A model generated the notes under the pieces. The model was not told the origin of the DNA and ran no database searches. It was given only the letters and a program-made list of their open reading frames with translations. Of a DNA stretch of 64,000 bases, positions 20,360-30,460 are shown piece after piece; position 1 is the stretch's first letter, and each line of letters begins with the position of its first letter. The position numbers were made by a program, and so were the translations under genes. This DNA comes from Methanocaldococcus sp. 16A (GTDB lineage Archaea; AGJL01; Methanococci; Methanococcales; Methanocaldococcaceae). The stretch is from the NCBI GenBank assembly GCA_049860595.1, contig CP187551.1; one strand, given 5' to 3'.

Positions 20360-22672
20360 TTAGAGTAAGGTTTCTACCATTTTGAAGAGGTTAATATATT
20401 TATAATTGCTTTTATATTCATCACATTTTAATATATGGTCTTTTAATAATAAAAATTTACAAAAATTAATTAAAATTTCATTTTCATCATGTTCGAATTG
20501 GTCAATATACTTAGATAAATAATTACCATATTCTATATGAAATTTATTAGTTTTTATTTCTGATGGCGTAAATATTGTTATTAATTTAACTAAATCTTCC
20601 CTATCAGGATTTGCATGTTTATCTTTGGTAATGCTTTTATACATTTCTTCAAAAGTAATTTTGTTATAATTGACATGTTTTAAATCATCCATTATTATAT
20701 CAATACTCTTATACCCATCACCGGTCTCCTTTTTCGATTTTGAATATCCTCCCTCACTTACTACGTGATATTTACTATATTTTGCCAGTTTATCTTCATA
20801 ATTTTTTATTTCTTTATATTTTTCAGGATAAAACACATAGAGAATTATAAAATATAGTGTAAAAATTGTGTCAAATAAATATCCATCGTTATTCCCTGTT
20901 ATTATGTCTGGAATTAAATTTTTTAACTCATCACTTATTTTATTGGATATTTTAATTTTGACCAAATAATCATATTTGTTTAAAACTTTCTTTAAATGTC
21001 TTGGATTTGTAAAATTAATTGCTTCAAAGAATTCTGCGAGTTTTTTAGCATCGTAATCATTAAATCCATACTGTTTGACAAATTTTTCTACATTAAATGT
21101 TTTTGGCATATTAAATGAAAAGTTAAAAATCTTTTCTAAATATTCCTCTGCTTTTTCTCCATCGTTGTATTTATGTTCAAGTGCTTCTTTTACTGCTTCT
21201 TTATCTACAGCACAGATGTAATTTATATTATCTCCACTGGTGAAAAATAATTTAAGAGAAGACAAAAATTTTAAGATATTTTCCTTTTCGCATCTATCTA
21301 ACTCATCTATAAAAACTATAAGCCGTTTATTATTTTTACTGAGAATATTGGATATTTTATTAAGTCCATTTTTTAAATTTTCTACTTCTTTATATCTTTC
21401 GTTACCACATTCAAAATTAAAACCAAAAAATCCAGCATTAACACTAACAGATTTTAAAACTATTGCACCAGATTTTAAAATTTCATTTTTTATTGCTTTA
21501 ATTTCATATTTTATATCTGCATCTTTTTCTAATTCTTCAATTATTTTATTTAATAAAGCATATGCTATATTATCTTCGTTTTCATACTCCCAAGCATCAA
21601 ATTTAATCAATATCAATTTTTCTTTTTTATTGATAGATTCGTTGGATAATTCATTTATTATCAATTCTGTTAATTTTTTAATTCCATAATCTTTTTTAAT
21701 GCATTGAATCACTTTATTTTCTGAATCTAATTCCTTCATTAATGTTTTAATTACACTACTTTTACCACATCCCCAATTTCCATATAATGCTATGATTTTA
21801 TAGCTATTTAGTATATTTTTAGATATGCCTTCTTTAATCATTTCAACTTTTTTTAAAGTATCAAAACAATCTGTATCTTTGGTTAATGGAATTGGTTCAT
21901 CTATTTTATGGTCGTAATTATTAGTAGTTATAATTCTGTCTATTATTTTTTCTTCAAAAACTTTTTTCAACCATGGTTTTAATTTTAGAATTGTGGTGAT
22001 TAATATATTACTTTTGATGGATAATATATTATAAAAATTAAAACTTAAAAATAATAACATACCCCCATACATTACAAACCAATAATGCATGTTACTATAC
22101 AATATATTCAATAAGAATAATGCGAATATCCATATTATTGGATTTACATTGCTTAAAGCTATTCTTATTTTATTTGGCATATTTTTAAAAATAAAACAAT
22201 ATATAATATCTATTATTATTATAAAAATAACAACTGCCATAATACCTAAAAATATCCAAAATGATTTAAAAAATTCAATATTGTATAATAAAAATAATGA
22301 ACCTACCAATAATAAACTATATTGGACTAATATGGATATGTTACTAAAATAGCCATCTATGCTATTTTTTGATACAGTCTCTGCTGTTTGAAATGAATGA
22401 TATTTTTTATTTAAAATATACCCATATACATCATTAAAAATAGCCTCTATCCAACATAAAGCAGTGAATGAATATCCTACTATAAATAAAAGAATAGATA
22501 TTAATATATCATGATATTTGGCAAGAATATCATTTAATGCTGTAATTTCAGGATATATGCTATATAATATGCCATATAATAATAAACACCCCGCCAATAT
22601 TCCTAAAATAATCCTAAGATACCCATATCTCTCCACAATATTTTTAACATTAATTTTAACATTAAATACCAT
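20360..22672 (-). CDS. KAP-family P-loop NTPase with N-terminal multi-pass membrane domain
   Basis: About 6-7 hydrophobic segments in first ~220 aa; Walker A GNWGCGKS, FDAWEYE, Walker B IVFIDELDRC, YLEKIF, NPRHLKKVLN. Confidence 0.88.
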   Translation of the reverse strand: MVFNVKINVKNIVERYGYLRIILGILAGCLLLYGILYSIYPEITALNDILAKYHDILISILLFIVGYSFTALCWIEAIFNDVYGYILNKKYHSFQTAETVSKNSIDGYFSNISILVQYSLLLVGSLFLLYNIEFFKSFWIFLGIMAVVIFIIIIDIIYCFIFKNMPNKIRIALSNVNPIIWIFALFLLNILYSNMHYWFVMYGGMLLFLSFNFYNILSIKSNILITTILKLKPWLKKVFEEKIIDRIITTNNYDHKIDEPIPLTKDTDCFDTLKKVEMIKEGISKNILNSYKIIALYGNWGCGKSSVIKTLMKELDSENKVIQCIKKDYGIKKLTELIINELSNESINKKEKLILIKFDAWEYENEDNIAYALLNKIIEELEKDADIKYEIKAIKNEILKSGAIVLKSVSVNAGFFGFNFECGNERYKEVENLKNGLNKISNILSKNNKRLIVFIDELDRCEKENILKFLSSLKLFFTSGDNINYICAVDKEAVKEALEHKYNDGEKAEEYLEKIFNFSFNMPKTFNVEKFVKQYGFNDYDAKKLAEFFEAINFTNPRHLKKVLNKYDYLVKIKISNKISDELKNLIPDIITGNNDGYLFDTIFTLYFIILYVFYPEKYKEIKNYEDKLAKYSKYHVVSEGGYSKSKKETGDGYKSIDIIMDDLKHVNYNKITFEEMYKSITKDKHANPDREDLVKLITIFTPSEIKTNKFHIEYGNYLSKYIDQFEHDENEILINFCKFLLLKDHILKCDEYKSNYKYINLFKMVETLL

Positions 22673-22761
22673 TCTATCACTTTAACAAAATATTTTCTGT
22701 ATTCTATTTTTACCTCATTATATTTAAGTTTTTAATGGTATATTCTCAAAAACCCATAAAA

Positions 22762-22796
22762 ATGATAATTTCAATTATCATAATTATAATTATCAT
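22762..22796. promoter_or_regulatory. Inverted repeat, possible operator in divergent promoter region
   Basis: ATGATAATT-TC-AATTATCAT followed by a further AATTATCAT half-site. Confidence 0.45.
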
Positions 22797-22808
22797 TAAG
22801 TGGTTGTT

Positions 22809-24140
22809 ATGTTCATCAACAGAGAGGACGAATTAAAAGCACTAAATGAGAAGCTTAACAGTAATAAGTTTGAATTTGTAGTTATTTATGGGAGAAGAAG
22901 GATAGGAAAAACAAAATTAGTATTGAAAAGTGTAGAAAATAGAGAACATATTTATTACTTAGCAGTTGAGGGAGATAATTTAAAACATTTTAAAAGATAT
23001 GCATCAAAGGTTGTTCCAACAATTGAGTATGCCAAAGAAGATTGGGAGGCATATTTTAATTTTTTAAAGGATAAAATCATAATTATTGATGAATTTCCAA
23101 ATTTAATTAAAGAAAATCCAAATATTTTATCATTATTCCAAAGAATCGTAGATATTCATTTGAAAGATACAAAAACAAAACTAATAATTCTTGGCTCTTC
23201 ACTGTCTATGATGGGAGAGAAAGTTTTAAGTTATAAATCCCCACTTTATGGAAGAAAAACAGGCGTTTTAAAAATCAGACCGTTAAAGTTTAAGCATTTA
23301 AAGGAATTTTTCCCTAACGCTACTTGGGAAGAGTTAGTTGAGATTTATGGATTTGCTGATGGCATTCCATATTATCTTGAGAAAATAAAGCTTCCATTTT
23401 GGAAATACTTAAATGAGGAACTTAAGAGAGTAGATAGCTTTTTGAGATATGAGGTTGATTTTTTGATGAAGTATGAGTTTGAAGAGCCAACAACTTACAA
23501 AAAAATACTTGAGGCAATTGCATTTGGTAATCATACACTTGGAGAGATAAAGAATTATTTAGGCATTAAGCATTCAGATTTAACACCGTATTTAAAAAAC
23601 TTGATTGAAGTTGAATTTGTAGAGAGAGAAATCCCTATAACTGAAAGTCCAAAAACAAAAAAAGGAAGATACTACATTAAGGATAATTTTATTACATTTT
23701 ATTTTAGATACATTTTTCCAAACCTATCTGCAATTGAAGAGGGAATTTTTGAGATTGATGAAATAAAAGCTGACTATAATCAATATTTAGGCTTTGTTTT
23801 TGGAAAAGTTGCTAAGGAATTTTTGATTGAGTTAAATAAAATGAACAAATTGCCATTTAAATTTTTAAACATTGGAAGATGGTGGAAAAAAGGAGAAGAG
23901 ATTGACTTAATTGCTTTAAATAAAAATGAGAAAAAGGCATTATTTATTGAAGTTAAATGGAAGAACTTGAAAGATAGGGATGTTAAAAGAATACTCAATA
24001 ATTTAGAAAGAAAATCAGAACTCGTTGGATTGAGTGATTATGAAAAATACTATGCCATCATAGGAAAAGAAATTAAAAATAAAGAAAATCTTAAAGATTA
24101 TTTAGTGTTTGATTTGGAAGATTTTAATAAACTTCTTTAA
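22809..24140 (+). CDS. Archaeal AAA ATPase with winged helix and C-terminal DUF234 PD-(D/E)XK nuclease-like domain
   Basis: FINREDEL, YGRRRIGKT, IIDEFP, SPLYGR, GIPYYL, WWKKGEEIDLIAL...FIEVKW. Confidence 0.9.
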   Translation: MFINREDELKALNEKLNSNKFEFVVIYGRRRIGKTKLVLKSVENREHIYYLAVEGDNLKHFKRYASKVVPTIEYAKEDWEAYFNFLKDKIIIIDEFPNLIKENPNILSLFQRIVDIHLKDTKTKLIILGSSLSMMGEKVLSYKSPLYGRKTGVLKIRPLKFKHLKEFFPNATWEELVEIYGFADGIPYYLEKIKLPFWKYLNEELKRVDSFLRYEVDFLMKYEFEEPTTYKKILEAIAFGNHTLGEIKNYLGIKHSDLTPYLKNLIEVEFVEREIPITESPKTKKGRYYIKDNFITFYFRYIFPNLSAIEEGIFEIDEIKADYNQYLGFVFGKVAKEFLIELNKMNKLPFKFLNIGRWWKKGEEIDLIALNKNEKKALFIEVKWKNLKDRDVKRILNNLERKSELVGLSDYEKYYAIIGKEIKNKENLKDYLVFDLEDFNKLL

Positions 24141-25233
24141 TCTTCTCACACAACAACTCAAAATCCTCCTTTTTATGTCCAACATTTATACTTACTCTTA
24201 TTCTTTCTAAACCTTTAGGAACTGTTGGATATCTAATTCCCACGCAAAAGATGTTATTCTTTATTAAATGCTCTGCTATCTCCATAGTTCTTTCTTTAAA
24301 AATGAATGGATAAATTGGAGTTAAATTATCCTCCTTAATAAACCCATTTTTCTTAAAAATCTCATTTGCTATTTTTATGTTTTTTTGGAGTTTTTTAACA
24401 ACATCTCCCCTTTCAATAATCTCAAATGCCTTAATGCAGCCTTCAACAACATGTGGAGGTAGAGCAGTTGAAAAAATAAAACTCCTTGAAGTGTTTATTA
24501 AATACTCTATAACTTCCTCAATTCCACAAACAAATCCTCCTAATCCTCCAATTGCCTTTGATAATGTCCCAATTTGAATAATGTTGTCAGAAGGTTTTAA
24601 ATTAAAGTGCTTTAAACTTCCTTTCCCATCTCCCAAAACCCCTGTACCGTGTGCATCGTCAATAATTAAAATGGCATTAAACTCATCCGCTATCTTCTTT
24701 AAATCTTTAAGTGGAGCAATATCTCCATCCATACTAAAAACGCTGTCAGTTATAATGAATAAATTGTTGTATTTTTTCCAATTTTCTTCAATTAAATTGG
24801 TTAAATGCTCTACATCACAATGATTGTAAATCAAAACATCCGCCTTACTTAACCTACAGCCATCTATGATAGAGGCATGATTAAGTTTATCACTCAAAAT
24901 TAAATCCCCTTTTTTGCATAATGCAGAGATAACTCCAACATTTGTTGCATAGCCAGAGGAATAAACCAAAGCCCTCTCTGTTTCTTTAAACTCAGCAATC
25001 TTTTCCTCCAATCTTTGATGATTTATATTTCCAGATGTTAATCTTGAGCCAGTTGCTCCTACTCCATATTTTAGTCCTTCTTTAACTGCCTCAACAACCT
25101 CTGGATGTTTTGATAGGCATAGATAATCATTTGAAGAAAAATCTAAAATATTATCTCCTTTTTCTCTCAAAAATCTATACAATCCATTGTTTTTTATGAC
25201 TTCAATCTTTCTCTTTAATTTTTCTCTAAACAT
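24124..25233 (-). CDS. bioF: 8-amino-7-oxononanoate synthase
   Basis: FSSNDYL, NHASIIDG, SVFSMDGD, DDAHGTG, GTLSKAIG. Confidence 0.96.
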   Translation of the reverse strand: MFREKLKRKIEVIKNNGLYRFLREKGDNILDFSSNDYLCLSKHPEVVEAVKEGLKYGVGATGSRLTSGNINHQRLEEKIAEFKETERALVYSSGYATNVGVISALCKKGDLILSDKLNHASIIDGCRLSKADVLIYNHCDVEHLTNLIEENWKKYNNLFIITDSVFSMDGDIAPLKDLKKIADEFNAILIIDDAHGTGVLGDGKGSLKHFNLKPSDNIIQIGTLSKAIGGLGGFVCGIEEVIEYLINTSRSFIFSTALPPHVVEGCIKAFEIIERGDVVKKLQKNIKIANEIFKKNGFIKEDNLTPIYPFIFKERTMEIAEHLIKNNIFCVGIRYPTVPKGLERIRVSINVGHKKEDFELLCEKIKEVY

Positions 25234-25245
25234 AAAAATCCCTTT

Positions 25246-25947
25246 TTATTTTATAATGAATGGCTTATTTTCTAATTTGTTTATTAAGTCCTCTATATCA
25301 ACATCATTTTTAACAAAAAATACTCTTCCTCCATTCTCTCCATATTCTTTTAAATTTGTAATCCTAAAATAGCCCTTTTTAGTTGCAACATAACCAGTTG
25401 TGTAACTTTTATTATCTGAGGTGCATAACTCAGCTATAACTCCCAAATGAATAACCTTAGATGCTATTGCAATGGCATCAACAGTCCTTTCTGTTCCTAA
25501 ATTTTCTTTTAAAATCTTCTCTTTTAGTTCTTTTGTTGTATCTATATTTTTAACTCTAACACCTCTTTCTTTATCTGGCTCTAACCTATCCCCTCTTAAA
25601 TTTAAAATTGCCGCCCCCCTCATTCCTCCCTTATCAATAATCTCAAATGCATAATCTATTACTTTATCTGGAATGCCCTCATTTTTTAATAACTCTCTTG
25701 CCTTTTCTCTTGCCTCTTCTTTATTTTTACATTCTATTGTTTTTATTGGCAAGTGGTTGATATAAGTTATATTTTCCTTAATCTCCTCAATCTTTAGGTT
25801 TATAAAATCTGGTGTTCCATTTTCGTGTGTTAAAGCTCTTCTTATCAACTCTTTTGCTACTTCTTCAATCTCTTCCTTATTTACAATCCTTTCTGCCCCA
25901 GAAATGTGTTTCCCATCTTTTGAAGCCCTCATTTTTATGCTATACAT
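25246..25947 (-). CDS. bioW: 6-carboxyhexanoate-CoA ligase
   Basis: [36 protein letters not shown]. Confidence 0.94.
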   Translation of the reverse strand: MYSIKMRASKDGKHISGAERIVNKEEIEEVAKELIRRALTHENGTPDFINLKIEEIKENITYINHLPIKTIECKNKEEAREKARELLKNEGIPDKVIDYAFEIIDKGGMRGAAILNLRGDRLEPDKERGVRVKNIDTTKELKEKILKENLGTERTVDAIAIASKVIHLGVIAELCTSDNKSYTTGYVATKKGYFRITNLKEYGENGGRVFFVKNDVDIEDLINKLENKPFIIK

Positions 25948-25963
25948 ATTCTCACATTTTAGT

Positions 25964-26229
25964 TTAATCTCTCATTTTAGTCCATGCTCCCTCATCTCCT
26001 AAAACACATATTCCCAAATCAGCATTTTTTAACAATAGTTTGTCATTTGCCCCATTCCCAAAGGTGATGATTTTTTTATTTTTGTATTTTTCTCTAATCT
26101 CTTTAAAATTTCATTTTTTGCTATTTTCTCACCATTAAACTTTTCTTTATTAATTTTTATTCCTTTTACTCCTAACTCTCTTTCTATATCTTTCAATGTT
26201 ACAAATGTATCAGCAGATAATATAAAAAT
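25964..26229 (-). pseudogene. Truncated, frameshifted HAD-superfamily (soluble P-type ATPase-like) phosphatase
   Basis: Manual translation IFILSADTFVTLKDIERELGVKGI..., frameshift near 26100, then KKIITFGNGANDKLLLKNADLGICVLGDEGAW; N-terminal motif I missing. Confidence 0.75.
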
Positions 26230-26278
26230 TTGATGATTTTTACATTAATAAGTATTTTGAAAGATACTGTTGATATAA

Positions 26279-26806
26279 GGAGTTGTTATTGGTAATAGTT
26301 CAGTTTTTATAGGTTTGGCAAAGTTTTTAGGAATGGATTATATTGAATGTGAGGATTTTAAAAAAGCTGTTGAGATGGCAATTAATTTAGATTATGATTT
26401 CATCCACATTCATACAAAAGAGATTGATGAAGCTGCTCACACAAAGAATCCAGAATTTAAAAAAGAAATTATTGAGAAGATTGATAAATGTTTAGAGCCA
26501 TTATTGAGTTTAGAGGATGATTTAATTATTATTACAGCAGATCACTCAATGCCTTCTGTAGGGGATTTAATCCACTCTGGGGAAAGTGTTCCTATAGTAA
26601 TAGTTGGGAAGAATATTAGGAGAGATGATGTTAAGGAATTTAATGAAAGGGCTTGTGCAAAGGGAAGTTTATATATAAAGGCAAATGATTTAATGAATAT
26701 TATTTTAAATTACACAGATAGGGCTTTATTGTATGGAGTAAGGCCAAATAAAATTTTAAGATACATTCCAGATGACAGTAAAACAAAACATTTAAAAATA
26801 GAGTAA
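26279..26806 (+). pseudogene. 3' fragment of archaeal cofactor-independent phosphoglycerate mutase-like (ApgM) gene
   Basis: DFIHIHTKEIDEAAH, IITADHSMP, HSGESVP metal ligands; N-terminal part with catalytic Ser absent; in-frame stop immediately upstream. Confidence 0.8.
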
Positions 26807-26966
26807 TTTTTGGCTTTTTAATAAATCTAAATAATCTTCTTTTTTGACAAAAAAATATTAATGATTTTTTCAATAGAAATATTTATGATTTATATTGTTA
26901 GATTTAATGAAAATTCCCTAACAAAGTTCTTTACTCCTTTTATATTTACTATCATAAAGTGGTAGA

Positions 26967-27449
26967 ATGGAAAAGGATAACAAACAAAAAGATAGGAATA
27001 AAGTTGATTCATTGGATGATTGGATAAAGGATCATAAACTATGTGTTGGAAGTTTCATAATATTTTTAGGCTTTTTTATTGGTAGTTTAATTGCTTTTTG
27101 GTTGCACTCCTTAACAGGACTTGGTATTATGGGAACTTGCATTCTCTTTTCTGTATTGATTGGAGCAAATTTCCTTTCAAAAGAAAAGGATCTAACAACT
27201 GGAGAAGTTAGAAGAGCCATAACAATCTCATTCATATCAGTATTTTTTGGTTTGTTAGCATTTGGAGATACAATTAAAACAGATAATAGAATTATTAACT
27301 CTATTTTAGAAAACTTCTGGTGGATAATCGTAACTATAATTGGATTTTATTTCGGTGGAAGATCAGCTGAGAATATCGTTGAGAATATAACTAAAAGATG
27401 GTCTAAAAATTCTTCTGGAAATAGTGTAGAAAAACTTGAAAAAAAATGA
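26967..27449 (+). CDS. 4-TM membrane protein with holin-like C-terminal motif
   Basis: Hydrophobic segments; GEVRRAI; IIGFYFGGRSAE followed by charged tail. Confidence 0.65.
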   Translation: MEKDNKQKDRNKVDSLDDWIKDHKLCVGSFIIFLGFFIGSLIAFWLHSLTGLGIMGTCILFSVLIGANFLSKEKDLTTGEVRRAITISFISVFFGLLAFGDTIKTDNRIINSILENFWWIIVTIIGFYFGGRSAENIVENITKRWSKNSSGNSVEKLEKK

Positions 27450-27586
27450 AATGTTAATAATTCTAAAAAGAAGAATCATTTCAGGGGCAGATTAGGTTAT
27501 AAATCAATAATATCAAAGTTATAGATGTTTATGTGCATTATCTAAAAATAAATACTCATTTTTTTAATGTTTTTTAGTGTTTAGTT

Positions 27587-28339
27587 TTACAAATCCACTA
27601 AACTAAAAATTAAATCCGATTTTTTACAGTATCTTTTTAATCGTTCTTTGACTTCATAAGATTTTCCAAGTACAGGCCAAAGAATAGAATCTATGTGAAG
27701 TGGAGGAATATTAGTTTCCTTACCAATTTTTTTCCAAAATTTTATAGGATCTTCATTGGTAAATTTTTTTGTATATTTTTCAATTCTGCTATCTTTTGGT
27801 ATCTCTATTTCCATAGGGTAGGGGATGAAGCTATTAAACGATATCCTTGATGCGTATCCAAACATTTTAACTGTAAATACTACTGTTTTAGATTCTTTTT
27901 TTGTTTTTAACTGGTTTGCTAAGTGATTTCTAAATACATTCATATTTTGATAATATTCTTTAATATCATCAATATTTAGATTTTCTAAGAAAGGTTTTAT
28001 TTTATCAATTCTTTTTATTTTTGCATTTAGAAGCCTTCTATTACTTTTACAATTTACTAAAAAATCTTTATATTTTTTAAAAATATCTTCTTTAATCTCT
28101 TTATTTGGCCAATAATTTGAAAATTCTTTCCACCAAAGTTCTCCAGTTGATGATAGTTGATAACTAACCAATGCATTGAGAATAACCAATTTAATAAATA
28201 ATTCATCATCTTTAAGATTTTTTTGGAGATTTTTTAAATACAAATACTGTAAATCAACATTTTCCTCTAATTCTTTTGCAGTATCTATTCCTAGTTCTTT
28301 TAATATTGATTTTAGTTTCTCTATTTTTTCACTGTTCAT
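27587..28339 (-). CDS. Archaeal 8-oxoguanine N-glycosylase/DNA lyase (AGOG family)
   Basis: NALVSYQLSSTGELWWKEF, KTVVFTVKMFGY, IPKDSRI, IPPLHIDSILW. Confidence 0.88.
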   Translation of the reverse strand: MNSEKIEKLKSILKELGIDTAKELEENVDLQYLYLKNLQKNLKDDELFIKLVILNALVSYQLSSTGELWWKEFSNYWPNKEIKEDIFKKYKDFLVNCKSNRRLLNAKIKRIDKIKPFLENLNIDDIKEYYQNMNVFRNHLANQLKTKKESKTVVFTVKMFGYASRISFNSFIPYPMEIEIPKDSRIEKYTKKFTNEDPIKFWKKIGKETNIPPLHIDSILWPVLGKSYEVKERLKRYCKKSDLIFSLVDL

Positions 28340-28467
28340 AATAAAACTCACCATTTATAACTAATTATCAATCTAAAAAATAAATATAATTAAGCTAAAT
28401 TATGTTGAAAAATCTTAATAAAGATATTTAACTTTATCTAAATTTGTATCAAATGATTGGTGATAAG

Positions 28468-29124
28468 ATGAGATACGATTTTCATACACATACTGTATTT
28501 AGTGATGGAGAGTTAATTCCTTCTGAATTGGTTAGAAGGGCTATGGTTTTAAAGCATAAGGCAATAGCAATAACTGACCACGCAGATGCAAGTAACTATA
28601 AGGAGTTAATTGAAAAAACAATCCTTGCAAAAGAGGAGTTAAAAAACTACTGGGATATTGAGGTTATAGTAGGAGTTGAATTAACTCACATCCCACCAAA
28701 ATCAATACCAAAGATGGCAAAAAAAGCTAAAGATTTGGGGGCTGAGATTGTTGTAGTTCATGGAGAGACAGTTGTTGAGCCAGTTGAAGAAGGAACAAAC
28801 TATTATGCATCAATATCTGAAGATGTTGATATATTGGCTCATCCTGGATTTATTGATAAAGAGGTTGCTGAAAATTTGAAGGAGAATGATATATTTGTTG
28901 AAATTACTTCAAGAAGAGGGCATAATATAACAAATGGTTTTGTAGCTAATATTGCAAGAGAATTTGGATTAAAAACTTTGATAAATACTGACACTCACTC
29001 CCCAGATGATTTAATTGATGTTGAATTTGCAAAAAAGGTTGGTTTAGGAGCAGGATTAACAAATAAAGAATTGGAAAATACACTATTACATTATCCAAAA
29101 GAGTTATTGAAGAGAATAAAATAA
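28468..29124 (+). CDS. PHP-domain phosphoesterase
   Basis: DFHTHTVFSDG, AITDH, GVELTH, LAHPG, NTDTH. Confidence 0.92.
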   Translation: MRYDFHTHTVFSDGELIPSELVRRAMVLKHKAIAITDHADASNYKELIEKTILAKEELKNYWDIEVIVGVELTHIPPKSIPKMAKKAKDLGAEIVVVHGETVVEPVEEGTNYYASISEDVDILAHPGFIDKEVAENLKENDIFVEITSRRGHNITNGFVANIAREFGLKTLINTDTHSPDDLIDVEFAKKVGLGAGLTNKELENTLLHYPKELLKRIK

Positions 29125-29169
29125 TATTTTGCTATTAATTTATTATTTATCCACATTTTGGTGGAGATT

Positions 29170-30447
29170 ATGGTTAAAATTGAAAATAAATTGGATATAA
29201 AATCCACTCTAAAATCTATTCTATTAGGCATAATAAAACTATTTTTAAGCATAATTAAATATGTGTTCTATTTATTTTGTGATATTATAAAAACAACATG
29301 GGGATTATGGATTCCTTCAGTTTTTGTAATAACTATTAATTGGACAAAGACATATAACATTTTAATTTTCATTTTATTTTTAATTATTTTTTTAATAGGT
29401 ATTTTCATGTTTAAATTATATAAAAAAGATGATAATGTAAAAAAAGAAGATTACAAAGGAAATATTGATAAACATGTTAGAAAAAACTTTGAAATTCTTG
29501 GAGAAAAGCTTTTATTACCATTATTAAAAGTTTTATTTGTGATATATTTTATTTTTGTATTAATTATTATTAAATATGCCAATTATTTGGAATACATATA
29601 TTCAATAGTTGAATTATTTAGAATTGATTCAATAAAATCATTTTTCGTGACATTATGGAGTGAAAATCCTACGATTTTGTTATCTATAATAGTAACTGTA
29701 ATATCTGCTTATATCTATATGTTAGACTATATGGCACAACATAGACGACTTATGTTCAGTAGAGAATGGGTAGGAAAAAAATATCTGTTATTTATGAAAT
29801 ATCTTTATGGATACTTTAATTATTTTATAATTCCATTTATTATGCTTCCATTTATGATTCATAAACATTTATGGCTGGAAATATTTTTCATTATTTTAAT
29901 GTATTATCTAACCACTAAATACTTTATTCCTATAATTCATTATTATAGTATAGCAACATGTTCATATGAGTTTATCAATAGATTTAATATTGCTCGAAAA
30001 AAAGATGAAATTCAAACTTTAATGGAGGTGTTATTTTTAATACTTAACTATGAAAAATCCAAAAAGGATATTAAGATTTATGAGAAAATAGAGACATTTT
30101 TAAGAAAGAGTATCTTAATATTTATTGAAAATGTTGATTTATTGCAAAAATTACTGATTTCACTAATAGTTCTACTTTCTATTATATTTTGGTTTTTAAA
30201 ATTTAATTTCCTAACGATTCTCTATATATTTCTAACATTAACTTATTGTTATATGATTATTTGCTATGCTCTTCAAGATTTTCCTAATTACAAAGCTGAT
30301 ATTTACTTAAATAACAATGAAAAAATAAAAGATGTTTATATCATAGAGGACAATCCAGAGGGTTATATTGTAGTTTTAGATAAAAATGATAGAATTACAA
30401 AAATTATGAAAAGTAGTATAATTAAAATAGAATACAAAAACCCATAA
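29170..30447 (+). CDS. Polytopic hypothetical membrane protein
   Basis: About 8 hydrophobic segments, very AT-rich, short C-terminal beta-rich soluble domain. Confidence 0.7.
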   Translation: MVKIENKLDIKSTLKSILLGIIKLFLSIIKYVFYLFCDIIKTTWGLWIPSVFVITINWTKTYNILIFILFLIIFLIGIFMFKLYKKDDNVKKEDYKGNIDKHVRKNFEILGEKLLLPLLKVLFVIYFIFVLIIIKYANYLEYIYSIVELFRIDSIKSFFVTLWSENPTILLSIIVTVISAYIYMLDYMAQHRRLMFSREWVGKKYLLFMKYLYGYFNYFIIPFIMLPFMIHKHLWLEIFFIILMYYLTTKYFIPIIHYYSIATCSYEFINRFNIARKKDEIQTLMEVLFLILNYEKSKKDIKIYEKIETFLRKSILIFIENVDLLQKLLISLIVLLSIIFWFLKFNFLTILYIFLTLTYCYMIICYALQDFPNYKADIYLNNNEKIKDVYIIEDNPEGYIVVLDKNDRITKIMKSSIIKIEYKNP

Positions 30448-30460
30448 TTTAGGTGAAAGA

